Source of the DNA: Phycisphaeraceae bacterium
GTDB lineage: Bacteria > Planctomycetota > Phycisphaerae > Phycisphaerales > Phycisphaeraceae
Reading direction: 5' to 3'
DNA: 64,000 bases
Assembly (NCBI GenBank): GCA_963674705.1
Contig: OY771506.1
Location: 1,312,001 to 1,376,000 of the forward strand
Below, in pieces: positions 49,287 through 60,055 of this stretch (position 1 is the stretch's first letter; each line of letters begins with the position of its first letter). The notes under the pieces were generated by a model. The model saw only the letters and a program-made list of their open reading frames with translations. It was not told the origin of the DNA and made no database searches. A program made the position numbers and the translations under genes.

Positions 49287-49326
49287 TTGATTCTTACTTC
49301 TGGGGTTATTGGCACTTTTAATGTCC

Positions 49327-49401
49327 GTCATTCCCGCGCAGGCGGGAATCCACGCGCACAGTGAATCCCTGTACGTGGAACCCCGCCGGCGCGGGGATGA
49401 C
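49327..49401. repeat. GTCATTCCCGCGNAGGCGGGAATCCA-type palindromic doublet
   Basis: Inverted pair of the widespread ATTCCC-N8-GGGAAT palindrome. Confidence 0.8.
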
Positions 49402-49512
49402 ATCAAACGGGTCGGGTGTTAACGATGCAAATCCCTCTGATTCATAAGAGAAAGCGCCCGACCAGGATGATCGGGCTGTATGGATGAACCCTTCGGGCCA
49501 ACTGTGCGTAAA

Positions 49513-50472
49513 ATGCCCACCATGGGGATTATTCGCACGCAACAATTGACGCGGACATACGGCCGACACCGGGGGATCAACCGATTGGACCTGAATGTGT
49601 CGCGCGGGTCGGTGTATGGATTTCTTGGGCCCAACGGCGCGGGCAAGACGACGGCGATCCGCGTATTGTTGGGTTTTTTAAGGCCGACGGCCGGGGCGGC
49701 GTCGATCCTCGATCGCGACTGCTGGCGTGAGGGTCGCGATATTAAAAAAGACGTTGGTTATCTGCCTGGGGATCTGAGGTTGTATCCGTGGATGACCGGT
49801 GAAGCGGTGCTGCGTTGGGTCGGGCAGGTGCGGCAGTGTGATCTGATGCCGCACGGTCGAGCGTTGAGCGAAGACTTTGGGCTGGACCTGTCGCGGCGCG
49901 TGCGCGAGATGTCTCGTGGGACGCGGCAAAAGCTGGGGCTGGTTCTGGCGATGGCGCATAAACCAACACTGTTGATCCTGGATGAGCCGACGGCTTCGCT
50001 GGACCCAATCATGCAGCAGAAGCTGCACACGCAATTGCGAACGCTTGCAGACAACGGGCACACGGTGTTTTTCTCAAGCCACACGCTAAGCGAGGTGGAT
50101 CGGTTGTGTGATCACGTTGCGATCGTGCGAGAAGGTGAGTTGGTGACGCAAGGATCGTTATCCGAGTTGCGCAACAAGGCGGGGCATTGGGTGACAGTGC
50201 GATGGAAGGACGAGGCTTCGGGGAAGACGGAGCCGCCAGGGTATTTGAAACTATCGCAGCGCGAGGCGCGATTGTGGATCGGCGAACTGGATGGGCCGGT
50301 CGATCGGTTTGTTGCGTGGCTGCATGGCCGGGCGATCGAGGATTTATCGATCGGGCCGCCCGACCTGGAATCGCTGTTCCACCATTACTACGAGAACGGC
50401 AATGGCGGCAAGAAGTTGATCGGAGAAGGTTCGTCGCAAACTTCCGGGGGTCGGGACGGGGGTGGTGTATGA
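49513..50472 (+). CDS. ABC-2 type exporter ATPase (start uncertain)
   Basis: GPNGAGKT, MSRGTRQK, LDEPT, SSH. Confidence 0.92.
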   Translation: MPTMGIIRTQQLTRTYGRHRGINRLDLNVSRGSVYGFLGPNGAGKTTAIRVLLGFLRPTAGAASILDRDCWREGRDIKKDVGYLPGDLRLYPWMTGEAVLRWVGQVRQCDLMPHGRALSEDFGLDLSRRVREMSRGTRQKLGLVLAMAHKPTLLILDEPTASLDPIMQQKLHTQLRTLADNGHTVFFSSHTLSEVDRLCDHVAIVREGELVTQGSLSELRNKAGHWVTVRWKDEASGKTEPPGYLKLSQREARLWIGELDGPVDRFVAWLHGRAIEDLSIGPPDLESLFHHYYENGNGGKKLIGEGSSQTSGGRDGGGV

Positions 50473-51284
50473 ATCGGGGATTGATTGCCAAGACGGTGCG
50501 TGAGCTTTGGCCGACGACGCTGCTGATCGGTTTGTTGGTTGCGACGTTTGAGGGGCTTATCGCGGTGGTGTTGCCGCGGTATGAATCGCAGATGGGTCTG
50601 CAGATGCTTGAGATGCCGTTCGTAAAGCGAATCATCGAGGGGATGCTGGGGTCGAAAATGGCGGACCAGGTCGGGCCGGAGATTTTGTGGTCTATTCCCT
50701 GGGCGCATCCAGTAATGTTGTCATTGATTTTGGCGCATGCAGTGATCTGTACGACACGATTGCCTGCCGGGGAAGTGGACCGTGGGACGATCGATATTGC
50801 GCTGGGCTTGCCGATATCTCGCTGGCAGTGGATACGGACGGATACGCTGCTGTGGATCGGTAGCGCGATGATTGTGGTGGCACTGTTAATCACCGGCAAC
50901 AAGGTCGGCTCGACGATCTATGGCAACGAGCGGGTGTTGAGTTTAAAAGAAACCATCATCATCTACGTGAACCTGCTGGGCGTGTACCTTGCGGTGGGCG
51001 GTGCCGGTTGGTTGATCTCGTCCTTGAGCGATCGGCGCGGCAAGGCGATCACGATTGTGTTTGTGTTGATCGTGCTGTCGTTTTTGATCAGTTACCTGGA
51101 GCAGTTCTGGGAGCCGGCGGAATATGCGGCGTGGTTCAGTGTGGTGTCGTATAACCGGCCCTTGTTCGTGTTGCGTGACGGCGCGTGGCCGGTGCGGGAT
51201 CTGTGTGTGTTGTACGGCGCGGCGGCGGTGTTGTGGGGGACGGCCGCGTGGTGGTTTACACGCAGGGATTTGTGTACGACGTGA
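50469..51284 (+). CDS. ABC-2 type exporter permease
   Basis: Six TM segments, AGEVDRGT...PISR, FTRRDL; ATGA overlap. Confidence 0.88.
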   Translation: MNRGLIAKTVRELWPTTLLIGLLVATFEGLIAVVLPRYESQMGLQMLEMPFVKRIIEGMLGSKMADQVGPEILWSIPWAHPVMLSLILAHAVICTTRLPAGEVDRGTIDIALGLPISRWQWIRTDTLLWIGSAMIVVALLITGNKVGSTIYGNERVLSLKETIIIYVNLLGVYLAVGGAGWLISSLSDRRGKAITIVFVLIVLSFLISYLEQFWEPAEYAAWFSVVSYNRPLFVLRDGAWPVRDLCVLYGAAAVLWGTAAWWFTRRDLCTT

Positions 51285-51313
51285 AAGAACAAGAGCGCTG
51301 AGCCGCAAGCGGC

Positions 51314-52021
51314 TTAAGTGAGTAGTTCGGAGATGTTGTGGATGATACGGTCGGGGGTGATGTCGGCGTCTTCGGGCAGACCTGTTTGTTTCCAGTCGAC
51401 CCAGATGCCTTTCATGCCCAGTTTCTGGGGGGTTTCGACTTCCCAGTGGAGGTTGTCGCCGACCATCCAGGTTTCTTCGGGTTTGGCGTTGAGTGTTTTC
51501 AGGGCGTGGTCGAACACGCGGCGGTCGGGTTTGCCGATGCCGAACTCGCCTTCGAGGATGATGCAGTCGAAGTAGGGTTCGAGCTCGAAGCGGATAACTT
51601 TTTCGCGTTGCGTTTCGCCCTTGCCGTTGCTGATCAGGGCCAGGCGTACGCCGGCATCCTTGAGGGTTTGCAGCGTGTGGATCGCGCCGTCGAAGGGCTG
51701 CATCGTGGTGATGCGACGTTGCGTAAACCAGTCGGCTATCTCGGTGGCGAGCCTGGGATTCGATGCGCCAAGTTCTTGTAGCGCATGTTCCACGCAACCG
51801 GCACGCGCACGGTACAGGTCCATCCGCCCTGCCTTGTTCCTCTGCGGATCGGACCAGAACCACTCCCGGCTCTCTTGCATCTTTTGATCAAACGCGGCAA
51901 CCTTCACACCCGCTTTTTCAGCGAACGCTTCGGCGGCCTGCGACCACAAACGATCGGCGCTGAGCGTGGTGTCGAGGATGGTGTCGTCGAGGTCGAAGAT
52001 GATAGCTTTGGGGAAGTTCAT
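51314..52021 (-). CDS. HAD family hydrolase
   Basis: FDLDDT, ISNG, KPD, VGDN. Confidence 0.92.
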   Translation of the reverse strand: MNFPKAIIFDLDDTILDTTLSADRLWSQAAEAFAEKAGVKVAAFDQKMQESREWFWSDPQRNKAGRMDLYRARAGCVEHALQELGASNPRLATEIADWFTQRRITTMQPFDGAIHTLQTLKDAGVRLALISNGKGETQREKVIRFELEPYFDCIILEGEFGIGKPDRRVFDHALKTLNAKPEETWMVGDNLHWEVETPQKLGMKGIWVDWKQTGLPEDADITPDRIIHNISELLT

Positions 52022-52056
52022 GGGTCTGGAGTCTAGGGCCTGGGGGCTGGTCAGAA

Positions 52057-52575
52057 TTACAAATTATTTACGGCCAATCTTCTGGCGTGGCAGAGGGCGA
52101 TGGCGATGGCGTCGGCGACGTCGGGGGGGCTGGGCACTTCGGCGAGGCCGCACTGGGATTGTACCGCCCGTTGGACCTGTTCTTTTGAGGCGTGACCGTA
52201 GCCGGTGAGGGACTTTTTCACTTCGGTGGAAGGCCAGTCCTGTACGGGCAGGTTGCGCTTTTGCGCGCAGAGGAGGATGACGCCGCGAGCGTGGCCCATG
52301 AGGATGGCGGTGCGGGGGTGTTTGTAGTGTGCGTAAAGCTTTTCGACGGCGAAGCAGTCGGGCTTGTGCTCATCGACGATCGCTGTGAGTTCGTCGTGGA
52401 GTTGGCCGAGGCGTGCGGCCATGTCGGCTTTGGCGTCGATGCGGATGATGCCGCCTTCGACGAGGGTGGGTTCGATTGCGCCCTCGGCGATGTCGACGAC
52501 GCCATAACCTGTGATGCGCAGGCCCGGATCGATCCCCATGACACGGGTGGTCGTAATGCTTTGCGGGCCGGTCAT
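52057..52575 (-). CDS. ruvC: Holliday junction resolvase
   Basis: GIDPG, AVE, GHARG, TGYGHASKEQV, DVADAIA. Confidence 0.96.
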   Translation of the reverse strand: MTGPQSITTTRVMGIDPGLRITGYGVVDIAEGAIEPTLVEGGIIRIDAKADMAARLGQLHDELTAIVDEHKPDCFAVEKLYAHYKHPRTAILMGHARGVILLCAQKRNLPVQDWPSTEVKKSLTGYGHASKEQVQRAVQSQCGLAEVPSPPDVADAIAIALCHARRLAVNNL

Positions 52576-53435
52576 GCCTGCGGCTCCGTCGGTGGTTTGT
52601 TTTCTTTGGCTGCGACGGTGTCGAGGTATTTGCGGATGATCTGCTGTTCGATGCGGCCCTTGCGCTGGATCGGCGCGGCGACGCGCAGGACAAGATCGAT
52701 GCGATCGGGCGCGGCGATCGTGATGGTGACGCGTGGTTCGACCGAGGGAGCGTCCACACTTTCGGTGCGGGTGAGGTATTCCATGCTCGCACGGGCCTTG
52801 GCCATGTAAGGTGCGCAGACATCTGCGGCGGCTTCGATCAGAGCGTGCTCGTGCACGAGGTAGTCATCATCTCGTTTGATGGGAATGGTGAAGTTGTGGA
52901 CGCCGAACTCGCCGGTGTAGTTTTCGTTGATGACGGGCGTGCTCAGGAAGAGGCTGTTGGGGATGACCAGGACACGGCCGGTGTGCTGGTGGGTGGTTTC
53001 ACCCGGGCCGACTTCCATGAGCGTGGTGGACATGAGGGTCTGATCGATGACGTCGCCGCGCATGTGGTTGACATCGATGCGGTCGCCCAGGGAGAACGAG
53101 CCGCTGCTGGCTTTGAGGAAGCTGCCGGTGATGCAGAGGATCAGTTCCTTGGTCGAAAGCACAACGGCGACAATGACCGCGACGAGGGATAGTGCCAGCG
53201 ATCGCAGCTCTTCGGCCCAGATCATGATCAGGCCGACGGCGATGAGCGCCAGCGTCAGGTTGCGTACGATCAGGATCCAGCGCCGGCGCAGTTCCTGGCT
53301 CTTGATGGGCATGCGGGTGACGCCCTTGTGCAACGACCAGCGCAGTATCAGCACGCCGATGACTACCGCCAGGCTGACCAGGGCGCGGAAGACCCACGGG
53401 TTATCCTGCATGAATTCGGTGATTTCTTTTAGCAT
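52572..53435 (-). CDS. Small-conductance mechanosensitive channel (MscS family)
   Basis: Three TM segments, FSLGDRI, GDVID, IPNS. Confidence 0.88.
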   Translation of the reverse strand: MLKEITEFMQDNPWVFRALVSLAVVIGVLILRWSLHKGVTRMPIKSQELRRRWILIVRNLTLALIAVGLIMIWAEELRSLALSLVAVIVAVVLSTKELILCITGSFLKASSGSFSLGDRIDVNHMRGDVIDQTLMSTTLMEVGPGETTHQHTGRVLVIPNSLFLSTPVINENYTGEFGVHNFTIPIKRDDDYLVHEHALIEAAADVCAPYMAKARASMEYLTRTESVDAPSVEPRVTITIAAPDRIDLVLRVAAPIQRKGRIEQQIIRKYLDTVAAKENKPPTEPQA

Positions 53436-53576
53436 AGCAGGGCTGGTTCCGGCTACGGATTAAAGTTTATTGGCATGCACGCCTCTGGGTAGTATAAATC
53501 GGATCGGCTTGATTGTACTTATCAACTACACTGGTGGACGCAACCTGATCTTCTGCTAAGCATAGGGTTTAATCGC

Positions 53577-54938
53577 ATGGCACAGCAACCGAAAGTCGCT
53601 TTGATCGGGGCGGGCAGCCTGTTTTTCGGGCGAAAAGCCATCTGGCAGATGGTCCATTCGCCACACCTGCAGGCCGGAACGCTTGCGCTGGTGGATACGG
53701 ACGCCAAGCGTCTGGACAAGATGCGCCGGTTGGCGGAGATGGTCGTGACGCATCACAAGTCGCCACTTAAGATCGAAGCTTCGACTGAGCGGCGCGAGGT
53801 GCTTGCGGACAGTGACTTTGTCATCCTCAGTTTTGCCGACCGCAACGCGCACTTCCGCGGGGTGGATGTGAACATCTCCGCCAAGTACGGCATCCGCATG
53901 TGCTCGGGCGATACGATCGGACCCGGCGGGGTGATGCGTACGCTACGTGAATGGCCTCAGATCGACGCGACCTGTCGGGACATCCTCGAGCTTTGTCCGA
54001 ATGCCTGGGTGATCAACTACATCAATCCCAGCGCGGTGCACGGCATCGGCTTGAAGCGTTTCCACCCCGAAATCAAGTCGTTGGCGTTGTGCGATGCGCA
54101 GTGGGGCTTGCGCGGGCATTATGCGAAGTGCGCCGGCGTAGCGGACGATGAGAAACTTTTGATCCAGTCGGCGGGGCCGAACCACTTCACGTGGCTACTG
54201 CGCGCTGAGTACGACGGGCGAAACATTACCGAAGCGATCGTGGATGCGATGCGCCAGCGTGCCAATGAGGATGCAAATAAGCAGGTCCAGGGCGGAGCGG
54301 CGGACGCGAAGGGATTGCTCAATAACGCGATCGCGGTCGAACTTTACGATCGTTTTGGTGCGTTGCCGACGGTGGTTGCGCATACCAAGGAGTACGTGCG
54401 GTTCTTCCAGCATCCGGGCGTTGAGGGTCGCGATCCGATCCCGCCTTTGAAGTTGTTCGAGGCGGACAAGCGGATGAAGTGGACGGCCGATGTCTGGGCA
54501 CGTGTGGATGCGTATCTTGATGGGTCTGCTGCCATCAGCGAGTTCGATACCGAGTTCGGCCCGGACCCGGCGACTGACCTGGTGGAAAACATGTGGGCAA
54601 ACCTGGGCAAGCCGATGTTCATCAACACGTTCAACAACGGCGCGGTCTCGAATATGGCGGACGACGCTTTCCTCGAGACGTTGTGTGATGTGGGTATGGA
54701 CGGCGCGCGGCCGCGACCGGTCGGGCCGATGCCCCGGGGGATCCGCGGGATGTGCGAGACGGTGCTGGACACCCATGAACTGACCGCCGAGGCGGCCTAT
54801 CGTACGGACCGGACTTTACTCATCCGTGCGATGCTGACGGACCCGCTGACATCTTCTATAGGAGACACGGAGGCTTTGGTCGATGAATTATTGTCAGCCG
54901 AGCGCGACGCGGTTTCTGAGAGTTGGTTTCAAGCCTGA
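53577..54938 (+). CDS. Glycoside hydrolase family 4 (NAD-dependent)
   Basis: IGAGS, DTIGPGG, INYINP, ALC, GPNH. Confidence 0.9.
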   Translation: MAQQPKVALIGAGSLFFGRKAIWQMVHSPHLQAGTLALVDTDAKRLDKMRRLAEMVVTHHKSPLKIEASTERREVLADSDFVILSFADRNAHFRGVDVNISAKYGIRMCSGDTIGPGGVMRTLREWPQIDATCRDILELCPNAWVINYINPSAVHGIGLKRFHPEIKSLALCDAQWGLRGHYAKCAGVADDEKLLIQSAGPNHFTWLLRAEYDGRNITEAIVDAMRQRANEDANKQVQGGAADAKGLLNNAIAVELYDRFGALPTVVAHTKEYVRFFQHPGVEGRDPIPPLKLFEADKRMKWTADVWARVDAYLDGSAAISEFDTEFGPDPATDLVENMWANLGKPMFINTFNNGAVSNMADDAFLETLCDVGMDGARPRPVGPMPRGIRGMCETVLDTHELTAEAAYRTDRTLLIRAMLTDPLTSSIGDTEALVDELLSAERDAVSESWFQA

Positions 54939-55050
54939 AAACCGCGTGCCGGGCCGATCGCTTGTCGGCGAGGCTGATGTTGCGTATGTTGCGTGATTGG
55001 CCGGGATGGAACCGGCGTTTGTACCGCCCCTGAGGCCAGGGAGGGCTTGA

Positions 55051-57489
55051 TTGGCCAAGCGAAAAGGTAAGAAGAAGACGGAATCCAGCCTGTTTGATGA
55101 ACCCGGTGAGGGCGGCGGAGGCGGTCTGGACACACTCGATACCGGCGGGGGCGATGGTGAGGACCGGGTTGCGCTGCATGAGGCGGCCCAGACGCGGTAC
55201 CTGAACTACGCGCTATCAGTCATCACCAGCCGGGCCCTGCCGGACGTCCGCGACGGGCTGAAGCCTGTTCAGCGGCGCATCCTCTACACCATGTGGCAGC
55301 AGCGGATCACCGCCGACGCCAAGCACCGCAAGTGTGCCAAGGTGGTCGGCGACGTGATGGGTTCGTATCACCCACACGGGGACTCGGCGATCTACGATGC
55401 GCTGGTCCGCATGGCCCAGCCGTTCAGTCTGCGCGTGCCTTTGATCGATGGCTCGGGTAACTTCGGCTCACTCGACGGCGACACGGCCGCGGCGATGCGG
55501 TACACCGAATGCCGGCTTACCCCCCCTGCCGGCGAAGTCCTTTCCGATATCGCGCATAACACCGTTCACTACCGGCCCAACTACGACGGCACGAAGAGCG
55601 AGCCGGTCGTTTTGCCCTCGAAGCTGCCGAACCTGCTGCTCAACGGTGCGACGGGTATTGCGGTCGGTATGGCGACGAATATCCCGCCGCACAATCTGGA
55701 CGAACTCTGCGGCGCGCTGCTGAAGATCCTGGACGAACCGGATATCAAGGAATATCAGCTTGTCGCCAACGACGCGATCAAGGGGCCGGACTTCCCGACC
55801 GGCGGGCAGATCCTGAATACGCGCGATGAACTGCGTGAACTTTATAAGACCGGTGGCGGGACGATACGCCTGCGCGGCACATGGGCAAAGGGGCCTGCAT
55901 CACGCGGCGGAAAGACGCTGTACATCACCAGCATCCCGTACACGGTCAATAAGGCCCAACTCGTCGAGCAGATTGCTCAAGTCGTGGTCGGGCGGAAGAT
56001 GCCGTTACTTCTTGATGTGCGCGATATATCGACCGATGACGTGCGGATCGAGTTGGAGCTAAAAAAGGACGCCGACGAACAGAAGGTGATGGCTTACCTG
56101 TTCAAGAACACGGCGCTACAGACCAACTTCAACGTGAACGTCACCTGCCTCGTGCCGACGGAAAACCCTGACGTTGGTCGGCCGGAGAAACTCGGGCTCA
56201 AAGAGGCGCTGTGGCACTTCCTGCACTTCCGGTTGGAGGTTGTGACGCGCAGGCTGGAACACGAGTTGGCCGCATTGCAGAAGCGGGCGCACATCCTTGA
56301 AGGTTTTGCGCTTGTCTTCGATGCGCTGGATGAGATTATCCGGATCATCCGCCGATCTGACGGCAAAGCGGATGCCGCGAAAAAGATCATGGCGCGGTTC
56401 AAGCAGCTCGATGCTGAACAGACGGATGCCATCCTCGAATTGAAGCTGTATCGGCTGGCCAAGCTTGAGATCAACCTGGTTGTCGAAGAGCTGAAGGAAA
56501 AGAAGAAGCGAATCCGCGAGATCAAGAAGCTGCTTGAGGAGAAGGCGGCGACCGGCCGATGGGGCATCGTGCGCGGTGAGATCGAGCAGATCCGCAAGGA
56601 TTATGCCAAGGATGACAAACGCCGCACGTTGATCGAAGCGCCGGAGGATGAGCCGGAGTTCTCGGCCGAGGACTTTATTGTCGAGGAAGATGCACACGTG
56701 CTGGTGACGGCCGACGGGTGGATCAAGCGTCAACGCGAGATCAAGGACCCGGCCAACACGCGCCTGCGCGAGGGCGACCGTGTGCTTGCCTGCGAAGCCG
56801 GTTCGACCCGTGCGACGATCGTGTTCTTCTCGAGCTTCGGCGTGGCGTATACCAGCCGGATCATCGACGTGCCTGCTACGACGGGCTACGGCGAGCCGAT
56901 CCAGAAGCTGTTCAAACTCAAGGACGGCGAGCGGATTGTCGCGGCCTATTCACTGGACCCACGCGCGATCGGCGACATCGCTGAAGACCCGAAGCAGCCG
57001 GAGCTTTGTCCGTTGACGCACGCGGTTGCGGCGACCAGCGACGGGTTTGCATTACGCTTCGGGCTTGAGCCTTTCATCGAACCCAGCACGCGCGCCGGCC
57101 GACGGTTTGCACGACCTGCCAAGGGCTCGCAAGTCATCGGCGTCGAAAAGATCCACGGCGACGAGACCATCCTTGCGGTCAGCCAGTTGTGCCGGGCGAT
57201 GGTCTGCCGGATCGACGAGATCAATTACCTGTCCGGTCCCGGCAAGGGTGTGATGCTGATCAAGCTCGGTAAGGACGACCGGCTGATCGGGTTCAAGTCC
57301 TCCGCGGGTGATCGTGATCTATTGAATGTCGAAACCAACCGCGGCGCGAAGAAGACGATCAGCACCGCGAAGTACAAGAGAACCGGTCGGGGCGGCAAGG
57401 GAACGGAGATCCAGAAGAACGGCCGGATAGCAAAGATAGTACCTGATGTTCCTTCAATGCCCCTGTTACTGGATGAAGAAGAAGAATGA
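55051..57489 (+). CDS. parC: Type IIA topoisomerase subunit A (Topo IV/ParC-like)
   Basis: [28 protein letters not shown] active Tyr; no GyrA box at the start of the CTD. Confidence 0.85.
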   Translation: MAKRKGKKKTESSLFDEPGEGGGGGLDTLDTGGGDGEDRVALHEAAQTRYLNYALSVITSRALPDVRDGLKPVQRRILYTMWQQRITADAKHRKCAKVVGDVMGSYHPHGDSAIYDALVRMAQPFSLRVPLIDGSGNFGSLDGDTAAAMRYTECRLTPPAGEVLSDIAHNTVHYRPNYDGTKSEPVVLPSKLPNLLLNGATGIAVGMATNIPPHNLDELCGALLKILDEPDIKEYQLVANDAIKGPDFPTGGQILNTRDELRELYKTGGGTIRLRGTWAKGPASRGGKTLYITSIPYTVNKAQLVEQIAQVVVGRKMPLLLDVRDISTDDVRIELELKKDADEQKVMAYLFKNTALQTNFNVNVTCLVPTENPDVGRPEKLGLKEALWHFLHFRLEVVTRRLEHELAALQKRAHILEGFALVFDALDEIIRIIRRSDGKADAAKKIMARFKQLDAEQTDAILELKLYRLAKLEINLVVEELKEKKKRIREIKKLLEEKAATGRWGIVRGEIEQIRKDYAKDDKRRTLIEAPEDEPEFSAEDFIVEEDAHVLVTADGWIKRQREIKDPANTRLREGDRVLACEAGSTRATIVFFSSFGVAYTSRIIDVPATTGYGEPIQKLFKLKDGERIVAAYSLDPRAIGDIAEDPKQPELCPLTHAVAATSDGFALRFGLEPFIEPSTRAGRRFARPAKGSQVIGVEKIHGDETILAVSQLCRAMVCRIDEINYLSGPGKGVMLIKLGKDDRLIGFKSSAGDRDLLNVETNRGAKKTISTAKYKRTGRGGKGTEIQKNGRIAKIVPDVPSMPLLLDEEEE

Positions 57490-57944
57490 TTATTGATTCA
57501 CTGGATAACGCGTCTGCTTACGAATCGCTTGGTCCGGGATTTGCCAAGGCGTTTGCATACCTGCAAAGCGATCGGCCGATGACGGACCCGCTCGGCAGGC
57601 ATGAATTGGATGGTAAGGATTTGTACGTCAGCATTGATGAATACAACTCCAAACCGATCGAGCAAGGGCGTTTCGAGGCACACCGTAAGTACGCGGACGT
57701 GCAGTACATTGTGTCCGGACACGAGCGGATCGGTTATACGACACTCGACGCGCTGGAAGAAGAGCAGGCCTACGATGAACAGCGGGACGTCGCCTTTTAC
57801 AAGGGCGAAGGCACGATGCTGGACATGCAGGCCGGGCGATTTACGGTGTTTCTGCCCCAGGACGCCCACATGCCATGCATCGCCGCCAACGGCAAACCCG
57901 AACCGGTCCGGAAGGTTGTAGTCAAAGTCAGGATTGGTGAATGA
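57486..57944 (+). CDS. YhcH/YjgK/YiaL family protein
   Basis: [26 protein letters not shown]. Confidence 0.92.
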   Translation: MIIDSLDNASAYESLGPGFAKAFAYLQSDRPMTDPLGRHELDGKDLYVSIDEYNSKPIEQGRFEAHRKYADVQYIVSGHERIGYTTLDALEEEQAYDEQRDVAFYKGEGTMLDMQAGRFTVFLPQDAHMPCIAANGKPEPVRKVVVKVRIGE

Positions 57945-59848
57945 CCGCTACATATACCGCTAAAGATATTGATGTCCTCGAGGGTTTGGAACCCGTGCGT
58001 AAGCGCCCGGGGATGTATATCGGTGGGGTCAGCAGCACCGGGCTGCACCACCTTGTCTGGGAAGTGCTGGACAACGCGATCGACGAGGCGATGAACGGTC
58101 ACGCGTCGGAGATCGGTGTTACGCTTCATAAGGACGGCAAGACCGTCACGATCAGCGATAATGGCCGCGGTATCCCTGTTGATATTCACCCGAAGCACAA
58201 GAAGCCGGCGCTGGAGATAATCCTCTGCACGTTGCACGCCGGCGGTAAGTTCACCGAGAACAACTACAAGACCGCGGGCGGTCTGCACGGCGTCGGGGCG
58301 TCGGTCGTTAATGCTTTGTCCAAAGAGTTGACCGCGACCGTCAAGCGTGACGGCAAGGAATACTCGATGGTATTCAAGCGAGGTATCCCCCAGGGCAAGA
58401 TGAAACGTAAGCCCGGGGCGCGGGGCACGGGGACGACGATCACGTTCCATCCCGATCCGACGATCTTTCCCAAGAACGAGTTCAATGCCGACACGATCCG
58501 CGACCGGCTGGAGATCGCCAGCTACCTGCACAAGGGCGTGAAGATCACGTTCGAGGATCAGGCAAACGGTAAGAAAGATACGTTCCAACACAGGGAAGGC
58601 ATCGCGCAATACCTCGATAAGATCGTCAAGGAGCGCAACGCCCGGCCGATCAACGACGCGGTGTTTACGCTGGAAAAAGACAACGGCACACGGGTTGAAA
58701 CCGTGTTCCGCTGGACCGAATCGACCGACGAGCATGTGCGAAGCTATGTCAACGGCATCCCGACAGGCTCGGGCGGTACGCATGAAAACGGTTTGCGGGC
58801 CGGGCTGACCAAGGCGGTACGTAATTACATCGAGACGCACAGCCTGACGCCGCGCGGCGTTAAGATGACGCATGAAGATGTACGCGAGGGGCTTGTCGCG
58901 ATCCTGAGTGTGTTTGTACAGGACCCGCAATTCCAGGGGCAGACCAAGGATCGGCTGAACAATCCTGAGGTGCAGGGCGTGATCGATAACGTAATCCGCC
59001 CGGCGCTTGAACACTGGCTTAACCATAACCGCAGCGTGGCGGAGTCGATCGTTGCCAGGATCATCCAGGCGGCAAGGGCGCGCGAAGCATCGCGTGCAGC
59101 GTCAGCGAGCGTATCGCGGAAAAGCGCAACGGCCAACCGCGTCACGCTGCCCGGTAAACTCAGCGACTGCACGAATCAGAAGCGACACAACACAGAGCTT
59201 TTTATTGTCGAGGGCGACTCGGCCGGCGGCAGCGCCAAGCAGGGCCGGGACCGTTCACACCAGGCGATCCTGCCCCTGCGTGGTAAGGTGCTGAACACCG
59301 AAACCGTGTCGTTGTCAAAGGTCTTGCAGAACAAAGAGCTTTCCGACCTGATCACCGCGATGGGTTGTGGCGTCGGAAAAGATTTTGATTTAAGCAAGCT
59401 GCGCTACCAGCGCATCATCCTGCTGGCCGACGCGGACTCGGACGGCCATCACATCACGACGCTGCTGTTGACGTTCTACTACCGTCACTTGCCGGAGTTG
59501 TTGCGAGAGGGCCGTATCTATCTCGCGGTCCCGCCGCTCTATCGCATCGACATCGGCAAGGAAACCTACTGGGCCGCCGACGAAACCGACCGCGAATCGA
59601 TCCTCGCCAAGCACGGTAAGGGAAATGCTAAGGCAGACATCACCCGCTTCAAGGGTCTCGGTGAAATGATGCCGAAGGTCCTGTGGGAAACAACATTGAA
59701 TCCCAAGACGCGCCGCCTGCTGCGTGTCGACATTGCCGACAGCCTGGAAACCGACCGCGTCATGAGCGACCTGATGGGCAAAGACCCCAGCGCCAGGTTC
59801 GACTTCATCATGGAACGCGCGGACGAGGCGCAGGCGTTGGATGTGTAA
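57941..59848 (+). CDS. parE: Type IIA topoisomerase subunit B (ParE/GyrB family)
   Basis: VRKRPGMYIG, GGLHGVG, EGDSAGG, PLRGK, DADSDG, RFKGLGEM. Confidence 0.85.
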   Translation: MTATYTAKDIDVLEGLEPVRKRPGMYIGGVSSTGLHHLVWEVLDNAIDEAMNGHASEIGVTLHKDGKTVTISDNGRGIPVDIHPKHKKPALEIILCTLHAGGKFTENNYKTAGGLHGVGASVVNALSKELTATVKRDGKEYSMVFKRGIPQGKMKRKPGARGTGTTITFHPDPTIFPKNEFNADTIRDRLEIASYLHKGVKITFEDQANGKKDTFQHREGIAQYLDKIVKERNARPINDAVFTLEKDNGTRVETVFRWTESTDEHVRSYVNGIPTGSGGTHENGLRAGLTKAVRNYIETHSLTPRGVKMTHEDVREGLVAILSVFVQDPQFQGQTKDRLNNPEVQGVIDNVIRPALEHWLNHNRSVAESIVARIIQAARAREASRAASASVSRKSATANRVTLPGKLSDCTNQKRHNTELFIVEGDSAGGSAKQGRDRSHQAILPLRGKVLNTETVSLSKVLQNKELSDLITAMGCGVGKDFDLSKLRYQRIILLADADSDGHHITTLLLTFYYRHLPELLREGRIYLAVPPLYRIDIGKETYWAADETDRESILAKHGKGNAKADITRFKGLGEMMPKVLWETTLNPKTRRLLRVDIADSLETDRVMSDLMGKDPSARFDFIMERADEAQALDV

Positions 59849-59869
59849 TGGCTGGGGTAATGCATTTTT

Positions 59870-60049
59870 AGCCACAGATGAACACGGATAAACACAGATA
59901 AGAATCAGATGTAGGTTTGTTTTGTTCTTGTTCCTTCTCCCCTTGGGAGAAGGTTAGGATGAGGGCCGGGTTGATTTCGTATTCAACTTGAAAGCAAACA
60001 CAGAAAGACTTCGGCCCTCACCCCGACCCTCTCCCGAGGGGAGAGGGGG
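59870..60049. repeat. Family B arm plus empty family A doublet (59933-60049)
   Basis: Left arm near-identical to 30878-30922. Confidence 0.9.
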
Positions 60050-60055
60050 TAAGAA

